Origin: Candidatus Daviesbacteria bacterium
GTDB lineage: Bacteria > Patescibacteriota > Microgenomatia > Daviesbacterales > UBA10151
Assembly: GCA_016432425.1 (NCBI GenBank)
Contig: CP066688.1
Span: 514,619 to 578,618, forward strand
Length of the DNA: 64,000 nucleotides
Direction: 5' to 3'
Shown: positions 35,501-44,748 of the stretch, piece by piece
Layout: every line of letters starts with the position of its first letter
How positions within the stretch are numbered: position 1 is the stretch's first letter
Program-made: the position numbers and the translations under genes
The notes under the pieces: model-generated
Seen by the model: only the letters and a program-made list of their open reading frames with translations
What the model was told of the DNA's origin: nothing
Databases searched by the model: none

Positions 35501-37595
35501 ATTTATCATAAGTCGCCTTTAAATCATCCCTGCCTGCAAGATCCTCGGGTTTGATTAAGGAAATATCAATGCTTTCCGTTAAACTTTTTTCTCTTTGAGT
35601 CAAAGCTTCGGCATTGCTTTTCAGGGTGGGAGTTTGAGCCAAATCAGTCTGGACTGAGCGTAAAGTTTGCAACTCTTCTACCTTTCTCACCTCTACCAGT
35701 TGGTTATAATCTGAGGGAGAGGTAAATGTCTGGGTCTCATCCAGTTTTTTACTATCTGCCAAAGGAAAAGTATTTAACTCTACCAGTTTTCTGATTTTAC
35801 CTCTAACTTCTTCTCGAGAGGAAGAGTTGACTAGGTCTTGGGCTTCCTCAGGCAAAATCAACCCCTGGGTCTCCAGATCACCCAGGCGCGCTGAGAGTGC
35901 CGGAGGCAGAGCCGGATGATTCAAAACATCGGCGCTTCTGTCCATGGCATCCTCGGTTGCTTTAATGATTTCAACCACCAGTTTGGGATCATCAGTTGGG
36001 GTGGGCAGCAGGCCCTTTTCAAAGACTACTTCATGTCTGCCTGCAAGAGCTTCCAGTTTTTCCGCCACTATTTCAGCTGCTTTAGGGTTTTTGACTTCTT
36101 TAATAAGCCTGGAGGCCTCAGCCATGGTGGATTGGTAATTTTTAAGGGTAGATTGATAGAGGGAAGCTTTTTTAGGGTCTTGGGAAAGAGCTTGAGCTTC
36201 AGCCAGGCGTCGTTCAGCTTGCTGCATCTTGAGTTTGGCTTTTTCAGCGGCATCAAAAGTGAAGGTATAGGCAAGTCCTTCTCCGAAGCTTTTTATAATA
36301 TATGTAGGATCACCGGGTAAAGCTCCCACTGTATCTGTCAGATAAGGTTGGGCAGTAGGTCCGCCAGCTGGCGGAGTGGGAGATGGGGATGGGCTGGCTA
36401 CCACTGTGTTATCATCAGTTGTAGGAGTTGGTGACGGGCTAGGAGTGGGAGAGGGAGAAGGAGGAGGAACATAGGTAGGATTACTGGAGGCAGCCTGGGG
36501 ATAGAATTTAACCAGTTCTGTTTGTTGATCTGGGGAAAAATTTGTTAAATCTACTTCTTTGGCCAAATCCTGGGCCCGGTTATACCAAAGATACGGTTTG
36601 ATATCATTTGATGGGGTAACTTGGGGACTATCTTGCCATTTTTTTAACTCATCGACTATTTTAGTGTCAGGCTGGGGCAGGCTCTGATAGGACTTTAATT
36701 CCAACACCTGCAGGTTGGTTAAATATTGTTGGTGAATATCAGGAAACTTTTGGGCTACTGCCTCATCCAATTTGATTATTTCAGAGGGCGGGAGCTGGTT
36801 TGAGGAAGTCAGTTTGTCCAGTTCATCCCTAACTTCGCTTCGATTTTTGAGAGCATATAATTTATTGCTTTCTTCCTCCGAAATTAACCCTTGTTCTTTT
36901 AGTTTCTGGATACCTTCTGAGACTCCCTCGGGAATGGCAGGTTCACCCTGGGCCGTGGCAACTTGATCAAGAACTTCTCTGGTGGCTGAAACAGCCTGGG
37001 TCCAGGCTTCTGCTTGAGCAGGAGAAGAGCTCAAACTTAAATTAGTAGCTAATACTGTATGGACAGCAGCAGTTTCTTCCACCTTGTTAATTAGCTCCTC
37101 TGAGGCGGTATCAGTTCTTTGGGCCAAAGTGGCCAGATTTTGGCTGAGAGTTACTAAGGTTTGGCTGTAATCATCCAGGGCCGCTGATGCGGCAGTAACT
37201 TGACCTTTCTCCATCAAGGTTTTAGCCTCAGAGAGCCTTTCTGAGGCAATATCCAGTCTTAGAGCTTCTTTCCTGACCGGGTCAAAAGTGAAAGTAAGCT
37301 GGATATTTTCTACTGTTTTTTCAAAAGGATAAAGAAAGTTTCCCGGCAGAATACCGCTGGCTTGCGGGGGGATAATTCCATCAGGAATTTGAGGAGCAGG
37401 CAAATTCTCCAGATTGGAGAAGGAAAAACCTAAAACTTGAGAATTTCCATAATATGGCCCAAAGTCATAATATTGACTGTTTAAAGCAAAAACAGGGTTT
37501 GGAAATAAAATCCCTAAGGCAAGGATAAGGAAACTGAAGATAATTAGTAGCAGTGAAGATCTTTTTGGGCCAGCCATTTTCTGACCCGTCTGCAT
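32508..37595 (-). CDS. 1695-aa exported protein: three DUF5667-like domains, Cys/Trp-rich repeats, Ser/Thr/Pro tail
   Basis: Signal/TM; LPGNFLYPFEK.., LPGDPTYIIKS.., PPGNPLYFVKQ..AxERLxEA; CPSGYHWMxDxGGWCMSDG x3. Confidence 0.8.
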   Translation of the reverse strand: MQTGQKMAGPKRSSLLLIIFSFLILALGILFPNPVFALNSQYYDFGPYYGNSQVLGFSFSNLENLPAPQIPDGIIPPQASGILPGNFLYPFEKTVENIQLTFTFDPVRKEALRLDIASERLSEAKTLMEKGQVTAASAALDDYSQTLVTLSQNLATLAQRTDTASEELINKVEETAAVHTVLATNLSLSSSPAQAEAWTQAVSATREVLDQVATAQGEPAIPEGVSEGIQKLKEQGLISEEESNKLYALKNRSEVRDELDKLTSSNQLPPSEIIKLDEAVAQKFPDIHQQYLTNLQVLELKSYQSLPQPDTKIVDELKKWQDSPQVTPSNDIKPYLWYNRAQDLAKEVDLTNFSPDQQTELVKFYPQAASSNPTYVPPPSPSPTPSPSPTPTTDDNTVVASPSPSPTPPAGGPTAQPYLTDTVGALPGDPTYIIKSFGEGLAYTFTFDAAEKAKLKMQQAERRLAEAQALSQDPKKASLYQSTLKNYQSTMAEASRLIKEVKNPKAAEIVAEKLEALAGRHEVVFEKGLLPTPTDDPKLVVEIIKATEDAMDRSADVLNHPALPPALSARLGDLETQGLILPEEAQDLVNSSSREEVRGKIRKLVELNTFPLADSKKLDETQTFTSPSDYNQLVEVRKVEELQTLRSVQTDLAQTPTLKSNAEALTQREKSLTESIDISLIKPEDLAGRDDLKATYDKLASENPSRPVNRGQFGAQPPAPTDAVLTTCPVGATFKSGEGCVWADTGKKLNDYEQYRCEGPGQYYSFAAKECVPYQKGQGFGEDASPICPAGYTWAWQSQSCQTKTGGITPLPTPTPTPGPGDSESCPQGSSYQASNGCVWDNNGKKVADSTDYNCKNNQYYSFSQFKCVPYPKPGEVSPNDFVPSCQDPNAYWSWSDGKCTWPKPIEGGIQEINIPQPTFVPPGNPLYFVKQWGEGLQRTFAFTPQASVEVRLAQAKERLAEAADALKKDDKAGVKAAITAYISMIQDTVADVSRENLSEGAKQEIAKGLSDGSVEQNLMLSKLSAWAKEEADEIIQAATSMPILVVDRAADVLGEPPIPDDVKAKIEGLPAEMISEEDKKKLLETSSRVEVRSTVGSLVSVGGLTSADTAFLNENFNNVEAKAVVPLEELSKLAEIADITDQKQEIDEKIGKNEDIVTKLGEFQKTFEPGQKIPAEIRPYVRLTRIEEVTQTIRPDIVKLEDFQNRKDVVLAVATLQEEFRPTRESFSQVAEFRRRNPNSPLPYDLARIEALSYSLGVRNQAGPCYLPTPPFPANTPCPAPGAAIPISSYYAQPTGGPGSVSYSVPTPSLDKDGKPLVYGQGPKAESAGVCPSGYHWMYDSGGWCMSDGGSYGSSYSYTPTGTGAGYTPYSPYYTAPGAPPASFGYPVGGSGYQPSPYSYVAPSYYGPAPSYYTTNPPAGTVPGSGPRPTAPGQCPSGYHWMSDSGGWCMSDGPTYVPSGSSTSSYPSGTGSYNYYSPNLNQSSCGPGYYWDGRGCIRTSPTDTYGSCTPPGGGCGTSAYWDYGSCSCRGSSTYYGGSGTSTGTSSCSPPAGGCGSGWFDSSSCSCKQASSQGCYNVSASSCGSGWYFDSAACTCRQSTSSSTSTSTTTSGGSTSSSGSCPSGYHWMSDNGGWCMSDGGGSTSTSTSTTTTSPSPSPTTTTTTEPTPTTSTSEPAPTTSEPAPAPSEPAPSPNP

Positions 37596-37732
37596 TTTAA
37601 GCTTAAAATAAACTTTTATTATTTGTCAAGTGCAGAGATTTTACAGATTTCCAAGATTATCCACTATTTGAATGGAGAGAATCCCAAGGTCAACCCCACC
37701 GCAAGAGTAATTTTCCACTTTATTATTATTTA

Positions 37733-39064
37733 TTATTTGCTCTGAGATGCTTCCATAAAGTCTGCCCTGATCCAGCCAATTTTAGGAGGATCAAAAGGAA
37801 GCCAAACTGTGGCCCAATCTCCGGTGTCAGTTTTAACTTGATAGTCCCATTTTGCCTCAACTTTGTACATATCTGTTGCTTCCTGGTAATGACGAAATAA
37901 CACTGTCTTTGGCCCTTCTAAAACTGTCACCCTCTCTCCATCTTCTACATAAGGTCTGGTTGGGTCTAAACCTGGCTCTGGTTTTTCTCTTAGTATAATC
38001 CCAAAATCATATCTATTTAATCTGGCAGCAGGGTCGAGTATGGTAGCATTCTCACCAGGAGCAAAATTCCTAATTTCTACAGGTATGCCGTATCGGGAAA
38101 TATCTACTCCCAGCCAATTTCTGACTATATCATATTCTGCTTGAGTAAAATAACCTTTTACTAGATTAGGTTTATCAGTGAGTTGTGCGTATAAAACCTC
38201 ATTTCTAAGCTCTGTACCATTAGTTAAAAATCTTCCCACCAGGGTTGTTAATATATAGTCAAGAGAGCGATCGTCCATCTGGGTGCCGATCAACCTTTTA
38301 TATTTATCAAAAAGATTATGATCATACCCATAATATCTGCCTAAGCTGTTCGCCATAGAATGACCCAGGACAATAGTGTCTTCATCTGCTGCCACATTAA
38401 GGTTATTAGGATCACTGCTAACTAAAGCTTTATGTGGTACCTTCTTGCCTTGTTGCTCCATAGTTTGGAGAGTAAGATGAAGTTGGGCTAAATTCTGCGG
38501 GGGAACAAAATAAGTCTGGTCCGGATTAATAAATGTTAATCTATCCCTTAGAGCTTGAATATATGGAGTAACTTGATAGCCGGTATATCCCAAATTAAAC
38601 TCTTGCCTAGTCTCTTGTTGGAAGTATTTTTCTTGTAAATGGCTTTCCACCAGGGCATTGACGTAGATTGCATCATTGGGGTTATTTATATCGGGTAACT
38701 GAGGTCCAGGAAATCTGGCGCTCAATCTAAGTTTTTGGCCATCAAAACGTAAAAAAGGGTCAGCAAAATTACTAAAAAAGTCTGCGAGTCTTTGTAATCT
38801 ATTAAAAGTCAGACTACCTTCATTGGGATTGGGCCTTATTTCTCGACCATAAGCTTGATAACCCAAGAGACGATATAATTCTTCGAGTTGAGTTGGTGTA
38901 ATAGAGGAATCTCTGACTATTTTGGGAGAATTATCTGGTTTATCAGCCAGTTGTACAATCGGGGCTGCTTTTTGAGCATCGTTAACTCCTAAATGCCAGC
39001 CTCCTAATATAGCTAGGGCGCTTATTGTTCCTGCCCCGATAGCTATTTTAGTTTCTTTATCCAT
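37733..39064 (-). CDS. Membrane-anchored hypothetical protein with C-terminal SH3-like domain
   Basis: Start re-called at MDKETK, after TTGACT-17-TACAAT; TM; IILREKP..GERVTVLEG..GWIRADF. Confidence 0.65.
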   Translation of the reverse strand: MDKETKIAIGAGTISALAILGGWHLGVNDAQKAAPIVQLADKPDNSPKIVRDSSITPTQLEELYRLLGYQAYGREIRPNPNEGSLTFNRLQRLADFFSNFADPFLRFDGQKLRLSARFPGPQLPDINNPNDAIYVNALVESHLQEKYFQQETRQEFNLGYTGYQVTPYIQALRDRLTFINPDQTYFVPPQNLAQLHLTLQTMEQQGKKVPHKALVSSDPNNLNVAADEDTIVLGHSMANSLGRYYGYDHNLFDKYKRLIGTQMDDRSLDYILTTLVGRFLTNGTELRNEVLYAQLTDKPNLVKGYFTQAEYDIVRNWLGVDISRYGIPVEIRNFAPGENATILDPAARLNRYDFGIILREKPEPGLDPTRPYVEDGERVTVLEGPKTVLFRHYQEATDMYKVEAKWDYQVKTDTGDWATVWLPFDPPKIGWIRADFMEASQSK

Positions 39065-39105
39065 TGACAGGATTGTATGGCACTTTGAACTGATAGTCAA
39101 TATAG

Positions 39106-39139
39106 AGACAAACATTACACGGCCGTGATACTTTTGTCT
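39106..39139. promoter_or_regulatory. 34-bp palindrome, ACGGCCGT core (solo copy)
   Basis: AGACAAACATTAC ACGGCCGT GATACTTTTGTCT; overlaps the TAG of the dockerin gene in the same way as the 53263 site overlaps its gene's stop. Confidence 0.75.
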
Positions 39140-39989
39140 ACAAATCAGGCATCCACAACCAATAACCACCGGAGCGGGAAGCCTCCGGTCCACCCTGGGA
39201 CAAACCTCCGGTGGGAGTAGATTGCCAAACCCCGGATTGTCCGGTCGTTCCTAAGTTTTTAATAATGTAGGCTAAATCCGCGCTATTAATGATGCCATCT
39301 TTATTAAGGTCCACATTATCATTCCAATTATTGGAGGTAGTAGTGGTTCCATACAAACCTTTGGCAATGGCAAAATCAGCGCTATTGATAGAGTTATCAT
39401 CATTTAAATCTCCGCTAAGGAGAGTTAAGGCTTGGCCGGAGTTTAAATCAGTAGCGGAAGGGTTCAAAGTAAAAGCAGAAGAGGTGGCAATTTGGGCCGG
39501 GCCTTTAATATAAGCAGAATAGCCTGTGCCGGTAGTTAACCCGGCCATAGATAACCCGCTAAATAAACCACTGGCCGGTAAATCAATAGTAAAACTCAGC
39601 AAGTATTTAGGGCTGTTAACAGGGGAACCTTCAGCTATACCTACAAAAACTTTGGCTGTCTGGTTATTAGGAGGTCTACCTTCCAGAATTAATTTTAAAT
39701 TTAAGGTCGGGCCAAAAGAAATGGCAGAAGAGCTGGTAGATTCTTCTATTTTAGTTAATCCAGAGTCCGAATCTAGAGAGGAACTGGTGGCCACTTTTTG
39801 AGAGAGATTTTTTAAGGCATCTAAAGCAGAAAGATTAGCGGAGTTGGTAGCTTGTTTGGTCACCTTTTTGTCACTGGCTTTGGAGCTAACATTCTGTTGC
39901 TGAGAGGCCATGTAAGCTCCCAAAGGGATAGATAGGATTAAAAAAACATAAACAGCTAAAATAATCTTGTATTTAGTAGTTTGAAACAT
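39138..39989 (-). CDS. Membrane-anchored protein with C-terminal dockerin type I domain
   Basis: GDLNDDNSINSADF...DLNKDGIINSADL duplicated EF-hand-like motif. Confidence 0.82.
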   Translation of the reverse strand: MFQTTKYKIILAVYVFLILSIPLGAYMASQQQNVSSKASDKKVTKQATNSANLSALDALKNLSQKVATSSSLDSDSGLTKIEESTSSSAISFGPTLNLKLILEGRPPNNQTAKVFVGIAEGSPVNSPKYLLSFTIDLPASGLFSGLSMAGLTTGTGYSAYIKGPAQIATSSAFTLNPSATDLNSGQALTLLSGDLNDDNSINSADFAIAKGLYGTTTTSNNWNDNVDLNKDGIINSADLAYIIKNLGTTGQSGVWQSTPTGGLSQGGPEASRSGGYWLWMPDL

Positions 39990-40063
39990 AACTTCATTGT
40001 GTCAACAACTCTATTGTACATGGAATATTTGACTTTTGACAATTGAAAATTGACAATTGAATA

Positions 40064-41062
40064 ATGAAAATCCTCTGGCGGATCGCAGTTAATACTTTAA
40101 TTGGACTTTTTTTAATCTGGATCTGGCTAAAATTTGTAAATTTAGGGGAGATTGGGCAAATTTTATCGAAAATAGAGCTTCAATATTTAGGTTTAATTTT
40201 TCTGATGATGTTTTTATCACCGGCTATCCGGGCAGTCAGGCTCAAGTTTTTCCTCAAACCAGTTAAAAATTTACCGATTAAAGATTTAATCTTTTTAAAC
40301 GGCTTTGCCACCCTCTTGAATTTTGTTATTCCCCTTAGGGCAGGGGAGATTGCTAAAGGGGTTTATCTACAACAAAATTATGATTTGCCTTTAGGCAAGG
40401 CAGTAATTTGGATATTTTTGGATCGTTTTATTGATTTTTTAGTAATTTTGTTTCTTATTTCAATTTTTTCTTTTAAGATCATCACTAATTTACCAGATAA
40501 TTTTATCTTCATCTCCAGTTTACTTTTTATAGGAACTTTAACTCTAACTTATTTATTTATTTATAAATCAGGATTCTTAAGAAAAATCTTTCAATTTCTG
40601 AGCTATCTATTAATAGTGGGTATTATAAAGATATACTTTGAGCGGTTTCTCAATTTCTTAATTGAAACTTTTACCCTGTTAAAAAGAAAACCGGGGGAGA
40701 TGTTGTTATTTATTTTTTTAAGTGTACTGGCTTATGGGGTGGATGGCGCAATTTGGTATTATTCTTTTTTAAGCTTGGGCAGCTTACAGAATTTTGGCCA
40801 AATGTATTTTGGCCAGCTTCTATCAGCTTTAACTTATCTAATACCGGCTGCTCCTATGTATGTGGGTTCGGCTGAGGCTTCCGGGCTGTTAATTTTATCA
40901 GGTATATTGGGGATAAAACCTAGTTTAGCTTCCGCGATGATTATTTTATTGCATCTTTTAACAGCTGTTTTTGTTATAATTTTTGGTTTAGTTTCCCTCT
41001 ATCTGCTTAAACTGGATTTGGGGTTAATTTTAAAGAAAGCCTTAAAAAGAACTGAAATCTAG
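40064..41062 (+). CDS. Lysylphosphatidylglycerol synthase TM / flippase-like protein
   Basis: Polytopic; NFVIPLRAGEIAKG, DRFID, IPAAPMYVGSAE. Confidence 0.8.
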   Translation: MKILWRIAVNTLIGLFLIWIWLKFVNLGEIGQILSKIELQYLGLIFLMMFLSPAIRAVRLKFFLKPVKNLPIKDLIFLNGFATLLNFVIPLRAGEIAKGVYLQQNYDLPLGKAVIWIFLDRFIDFLVILFLISIFSFKIITNLPDNFIFISSLLFIGTLTLTYLFIYKSGFLRKIFQFLSYLLIVGIIKIYFERFLNFLIETFTLLKRKPGEMLLFIFLSVLAYGVDGAIWYYSFLSLGSLQNFGQMYFGQLLSALTYLIPAAPMYVGSAEASGLLILSGILGIKPSLASAMIILLHLLTAVFVIIFGLVSLYLLKLDLGLILKKALKRTEI

Positions 41063-41869
41063 TTTTACAGAGGGGCCCATGGTGGGGGCAAGAGAAACTT
41101 TGAGGATTTTGGATTTACCCAGCGTTTGCAGCAGGGTTCTAACATTGGCAGATAGTTCCTCGGTAGGTTGGTTTAATTTACCCAAAGCCAAATGGATGAT
41201 TGGGGATTTACTTTCTGTTTTAAATTCAGTTTTACCACCCTGGAAACCTTCTAGAGCTTTTTTCAGGTCATTAGTAATGGTGCCGTTTTTGGGATTGGGC
41301 ATTAAACCCCGGGGACCTAGGATTTTAGCAACTTTGGTAAGTTTAGCCATCCACTCCGGGGTAGTGACAATAATATCAAAATTAATCTGACCTTTTTCTA
41401 TCTGGGTAAGGGTGGAATCGTCACCAACAATATCCGCACCAGAGCTTGGAGCGTTCTTGCCAAAGGCTAAGACGCGAATTTTTCTGCCGGACGCAAAAGG
41501 CAAGGAGATCAAACCGCGAACGCCTGTCTGCGCCGTGATTATATGGGCCTCTAAGGATCCATTAAATTTAGAATAGGACAGTTTTTTGACCATGTCAACT
41601 GCCTCACTGACAGGATAGCTTTTGGAGCGGTCCAAGTCTTTGGAAATCTCCTGGTATTTTTTAGATCTGACTTTTTTTGAGGTTGGATGTTTGACTTTGG
41701 AAGTTGGTTTAGGAGGTTGGATATTAGAAGTTGGAGTTTCCACCTTCAAATCTCTAACTTCTTCATCTATTTTCTCATTTCCAACATCTAGCTTCTGTTT
41801 TGCAGAAGTTTTTTTCTTCTTAGCTTCCGGTTGTGAATCATCAATGATTTTAGTTTTTGTTTTTCCCAT
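41042..41869 (-). CDS. rplA: 50S ribosomal protein L1 with N-terminal extension
   Basis: KILGPRGLMPNPKNGT, PTMGPSVK; start re-called at MGKTKTK. Confidence 0.95.
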   Translation of the reverse strand: MGKTKTKIIDDSQPEAKKKKTSAKQKLDVGNEKIDEEVRDLKVETPTSNIQPPKPTSKVKHPTSKKVRSKKYQEISKDLDRSKSYPVSEAVDMVKKLSYSKFNGSLEAHIITAQTGVRGLISLPFASGRKIRVLAFGKNAPSSGADIVGDDSTLTQIEKGQINFDIIVTTPEWMAKLTKVAKILGPRGLMPNPKNGTITNDLKKALEGFQGGKTEFKTESKSPIIHLALGKLNQPTEELSANVRTLLQTLGKSKILKVSLAPTMGPSVKLDFSSF

Positions 41870-41935
41870 GGTTCGACTCACTTCGTTCGCTCACCACAAG
41901 TTCTTGTCGAACCACCCTGAGCGATAGTCGAAGGG
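41870..41935. repeat. Compound CTGAG..TCGAAG-family element between rplK and rplA
   Basis: GGTTCGACTCACTTCGTTCGCTCACCACAAG...CCCTGAGCGATAGTCGAAGGG. Confidence 0.7.
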
Positions 41936-41951
41936 TTTTCCTTTCTTTATT

Positions 41952-42377
41952 TTAACCTATTTTTACTCCCATCGAACGGGCTGTTCCCTCCACAATTTTC
42001 ATGGCAGCTTCAATATTTTTGGTATTCAAATCCGGCATTTTAGCTTTGGCAATTTCTTCTACTTGAGCTTGGGAAATGGTACCTACAGGTTCTTTTAAAG
42101 CTTTGCCGGAGCCTTTTTCTAATTTGGCAGCTTTTTTGATCATTTCAGCCACCGGCGGCTCTTTAGTAATAAAAGAAAAAGTCCGGTCTTCAAATACCGT
42201 AATTACCACCGGTAAAATATCCCCCATGCGGTCTTTAGTCCGCTCATTAAAAGCTTTGACAAACTCCATGATAGGCAGCCCATGGGGGCCCAAAGCAGTA
42301 CCCACGGGGGGAGCAGCAGTAGCTGAGCCTGCCGGCACATTTAGTTTAATATAAGTTTTAATCTTTTTAACAGCCAT
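41952..42377 (-). CDS. rplK: 50S ribosomal protein L11
   Basis: [29 protein letters not shown]. Confidence 0.97.
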   Translation of the reverse strand: MAVKKIKTYIKLNVPAGSATAAPPVGTALGPHGLPIMEFVKAFNERTKDRMGDILPVVITVFEDRTFSFITKEPPVAEMIKKAAKLEKGSGKALKEPVGTISQAQVEEIAKAKMPDLNTKNIEAAMKIVEGTARSMGVKIG

Positions 42378-42378
42378 A

Positions 42379-42960
42379 TTAGATTTTCTGTATCTGTAAA
42401 AAATCTAACTCCACTGGGGTTTCCCGGCCAAAAATAGACACCAATACTTTGACCTTGCCCCGTTCCTCATCTACTGAGTCTACTTTGCCAATAAAGTCAG
42501 CGAATGGTCCATCAACAATTTTAACAGTATCGGAAACTGTGAAAACTTGTTTGAAGGTGGGCTGTTCAGCCTCAGCAAACCTGACAATGGTGGCTACTTC
42601 AGTATCAGAAATAGGGGTGGGTTTGTTACCGATACCCACGAAAGAAGTTACCCCCTGAATAGTTCTGACAGCCAGCCAGGAATTATCATCCAAAACCATC
42701 TTGACTAAAATATAGCCGGGAAAGATTTTTTCTTTCACTGTTAATTTCTTGCCACCTTTAATTTCAATTTTATCCTGGGTGGGGACCAGTACTTCCACAA
42801 TTTTATCTTCCAGGTGCTCGGATCCGATTTTTTGCTTTAAGGCAGCAGCCACTTTATTTTCATGGCCGGAATAAGTATGGACTACATACCAGCGGGCCCC
42901 GTTCCCGGAAGCCTCATCAGTGTTATTCTGATCTAATGGTTGTTCGGTAGCGTCATTCAT
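42379..42960 (-). CDS. nusG: Transcription factor NusG
   Basis: [39 protein letters not shown]. Confidence 0.97.
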   Translation of the reverse strand: MNDATEQPLDQNNTDEASGNGARWYVVHTYSGHENKVAAALKQKIGSEHLEDKIVEVLVPTQDKIEIKGGKKLTVKEKIFPGYILVKMVLDDNSWLAVRTIQGVTSFVGIGNKPTPISDTEVATIVRFAEAEQPTFKQVFTVSDTVKIVDGPFADFIGKVDSVDEERGKVKVLVSIFGRETPVELDFLQIQKI

Positions 42961-43148
42961 AAGTCACCCTGTATTAAAAAGTTAGTAAATAAGGTTAAAA
43001 TATAGTCCAAGCCTCCCAGAAAGAGCCCTACCACTACGGCCACGGTGATGACCAAAATAGTGTAGCGGACAGTTTGATCGCGAGTCGGCCAAACTACCTT
43101 ATTTAATTCCTCTTTAACTTCTTTTAAAAAAGTGACTGGTTTAGGCAT
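42957..43148 (-). CDS. secE: Preprotein translocase SecE
   Basis: FLKEVKEELNKVVWPT plus a single TM; precedes nusG; start re-called at MPKPV. Confidence 0.92.
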   Translation of the reverse strand: MPKPVTFLKEVKEELNKVVWPTRDQTVRYTILVITVAVVVGLFLGGLDYILTLFTNFLIQGDL

Positions 43149-43253
43149 TTCTAAAATTACCCTTCGTCCAAAATTAAAAAATCCTCCATTTTTGGAGGAC
43201 ATATGTCAAGTATAGCAAAAGACCAAAAGAATAGCAACAAGTTGAATAAGGGG

Positions 43254-44627
43254 TTATCTGCGCAGGATTGGGGCCACGTTGCTTCGAGGTGAGCAGGCAG
43301 CGCCGTTACAGGCGAATACTCTGTATTGAACCAAACCTGTAGGAGGGGTGGGGTCGGTAAAGGTGGTTATATCTGCGCCAACTGTCCCGATTTGTCCAAA
43401 GACTCCTCTCACTCCTGACCTTCTTTCTATACGAAACTCTGTCTCAGCGGTGCTTCTGTCTCTCCAATTGAGCACCACTCCTCCTGCGGTATCAGCAGGC
43501 CTGGCAAGAATTGGAGACATCAGACCAGAAGGTACCGGAGGTGTTCCTCTGACAAAAAGTCTGACCGGAGTGCTAAGGGGAGAGCAACCGGCGCCATTGC
43601 AGGCTTCCACTCTATAAAAGTTTGTGCCTCTGGGGGCAGAAGTATCAATAAACAGGGTGGTATTTGCTCCTGAGGTGCCGATTTGGGTAAAAGCGCCTCT
43701 TAGACCGGTAGCTCTGGAGATTCTGAACTCAGTCTCATTATCATTGGTATCAGCCCATCTGACCTCTACTCCTCCTGCCGTTTGCAAGGCAGTCACACCG
43801 GAGGGAACATTAGCCGGAGGGAGGGGAGGGGGAGGTGGAGGTAGTCCGGGGCCGGGAGGAGGCGGGGGAGCGCCGGCAAACAGCTTACCTGAGACTGTAA
43901 AGAGATTGGTCTGCAAGCCTCCCGGAGGCAGCCCGGGACCCTCTATCTTTACAAAATTATTACCGGTGGGTGAACCAATCACAGAATGTGCGGTGATAGC
44001 ATCACCCAAATACCCCGGTGGGGCACCGACATCCCATCTGAGAAAGCTTTGGAAAACTCTGCTAGCTAATGCCAGAGAGAAATCACAAGGCCCAACTTCA
44101 CAACCAATATCCTCTGTGGAGGAATTTCTGGGCATTACCCCTACAGCATTGGTCACATAGGTATCTACTCCATATGGATGAGTAACAGTATAGGTAGAGT
44201 TAGGAACTAAACCGTTGCCGGTGGCTCGCAGTCTGCCAAAGACCATCTGACCGCCAGCTTCAGGGTCTTCATTAAGAAATGCTCCCTCCACTGCCATTCT
44301 GAACATAAATTTACCACCGGTGTCAGGAATTGCGATTTGATCTGATTCTGCAATCCAGTAGAAAAACTCCGATGGGAAGTTGGCGGGAAACACTGTAGGC
44401 TGGTTAGGGTCAAAGTTTGGCTCCTCACCTGCTCCGGGCAAAACACAGATTGGGTCTAAACCGGCAAGGCAGGCCCCTACTATATTACTCACATCATCTG
44501 CATAAGAATCGGGGAAACCGTTTAGAGGGTCAACTACTCCGGCGCTTTTGGCTGCATGGACCGGAGAGGATTGGGTCACTAACAAGATAATAATGGAAAC
44601 CAGGAATAATAAGATCAGTCTTTTCAT
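43254..44627 (-). CDS. Secreted protein with Pro linker and two fibronectin type III domains
   Basis: Signal peptide; WADTNDNETEFRI..YRVEACN and WRDRSTAETEFRI..YRVFACN. Confidence 0.8.
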   Translation of the reverse strand: MKRLILLFLVSIIILLVTQSSPVHAAKSAGVVDPLNGFPDSYADDVSNIVGACLAGLDPICVLPGAGEEPNFDPNQPTVFPANFPSEFFYWIAESDQIAIPDTGGKFMFRMAVEGAFLNEDPEAGGQMVFGRLRATGNGLVPNSTYTVTHPYGVDTYVTNAVGVMPRNSSTEDIGCEVGPCDFSLALASRVFQSFLRWDVGAPPGYLGDAITAHSVIGSPTGNNFVKIEGPGLPPGGLQTNLFTVSGKLFAGAPPPPPGPGLPPPPPPLPPANVPSGVTALQTAGGVEVRWADTNDNETEFRISRATGLRGAFTQIGTSGANTTLFIDTSAPRGTNFYRVEACNGAGCSPLSTPVRLFVRGTPPVPSGLMSPILARPADTAGGVVLNWRDRSTAETEFRIERRSGVRGVFGQIGTVGADITTFTDPTPPTGLVQYRVFACNGAACSPRSNVAPILRR

Positions 44628-44748
44628 TTTAAAATTTAATGTGACAAGTTTAGAAGATATTAAAACTATTTTATTTGACTAAAGTAAAAATTGGGTAAAA
44701 TAAATAACAGGCTTTGGTAATAATGTATAATTCTCGCAGAGAATTAAT

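Noticed and set aside
39065-39193. Cys-containing N-terminal 43 aa of ORF 37733..39193
   Set aside because: Overlaps the upstream gene end, the palindrome and the promoter; the real start is likely 39064
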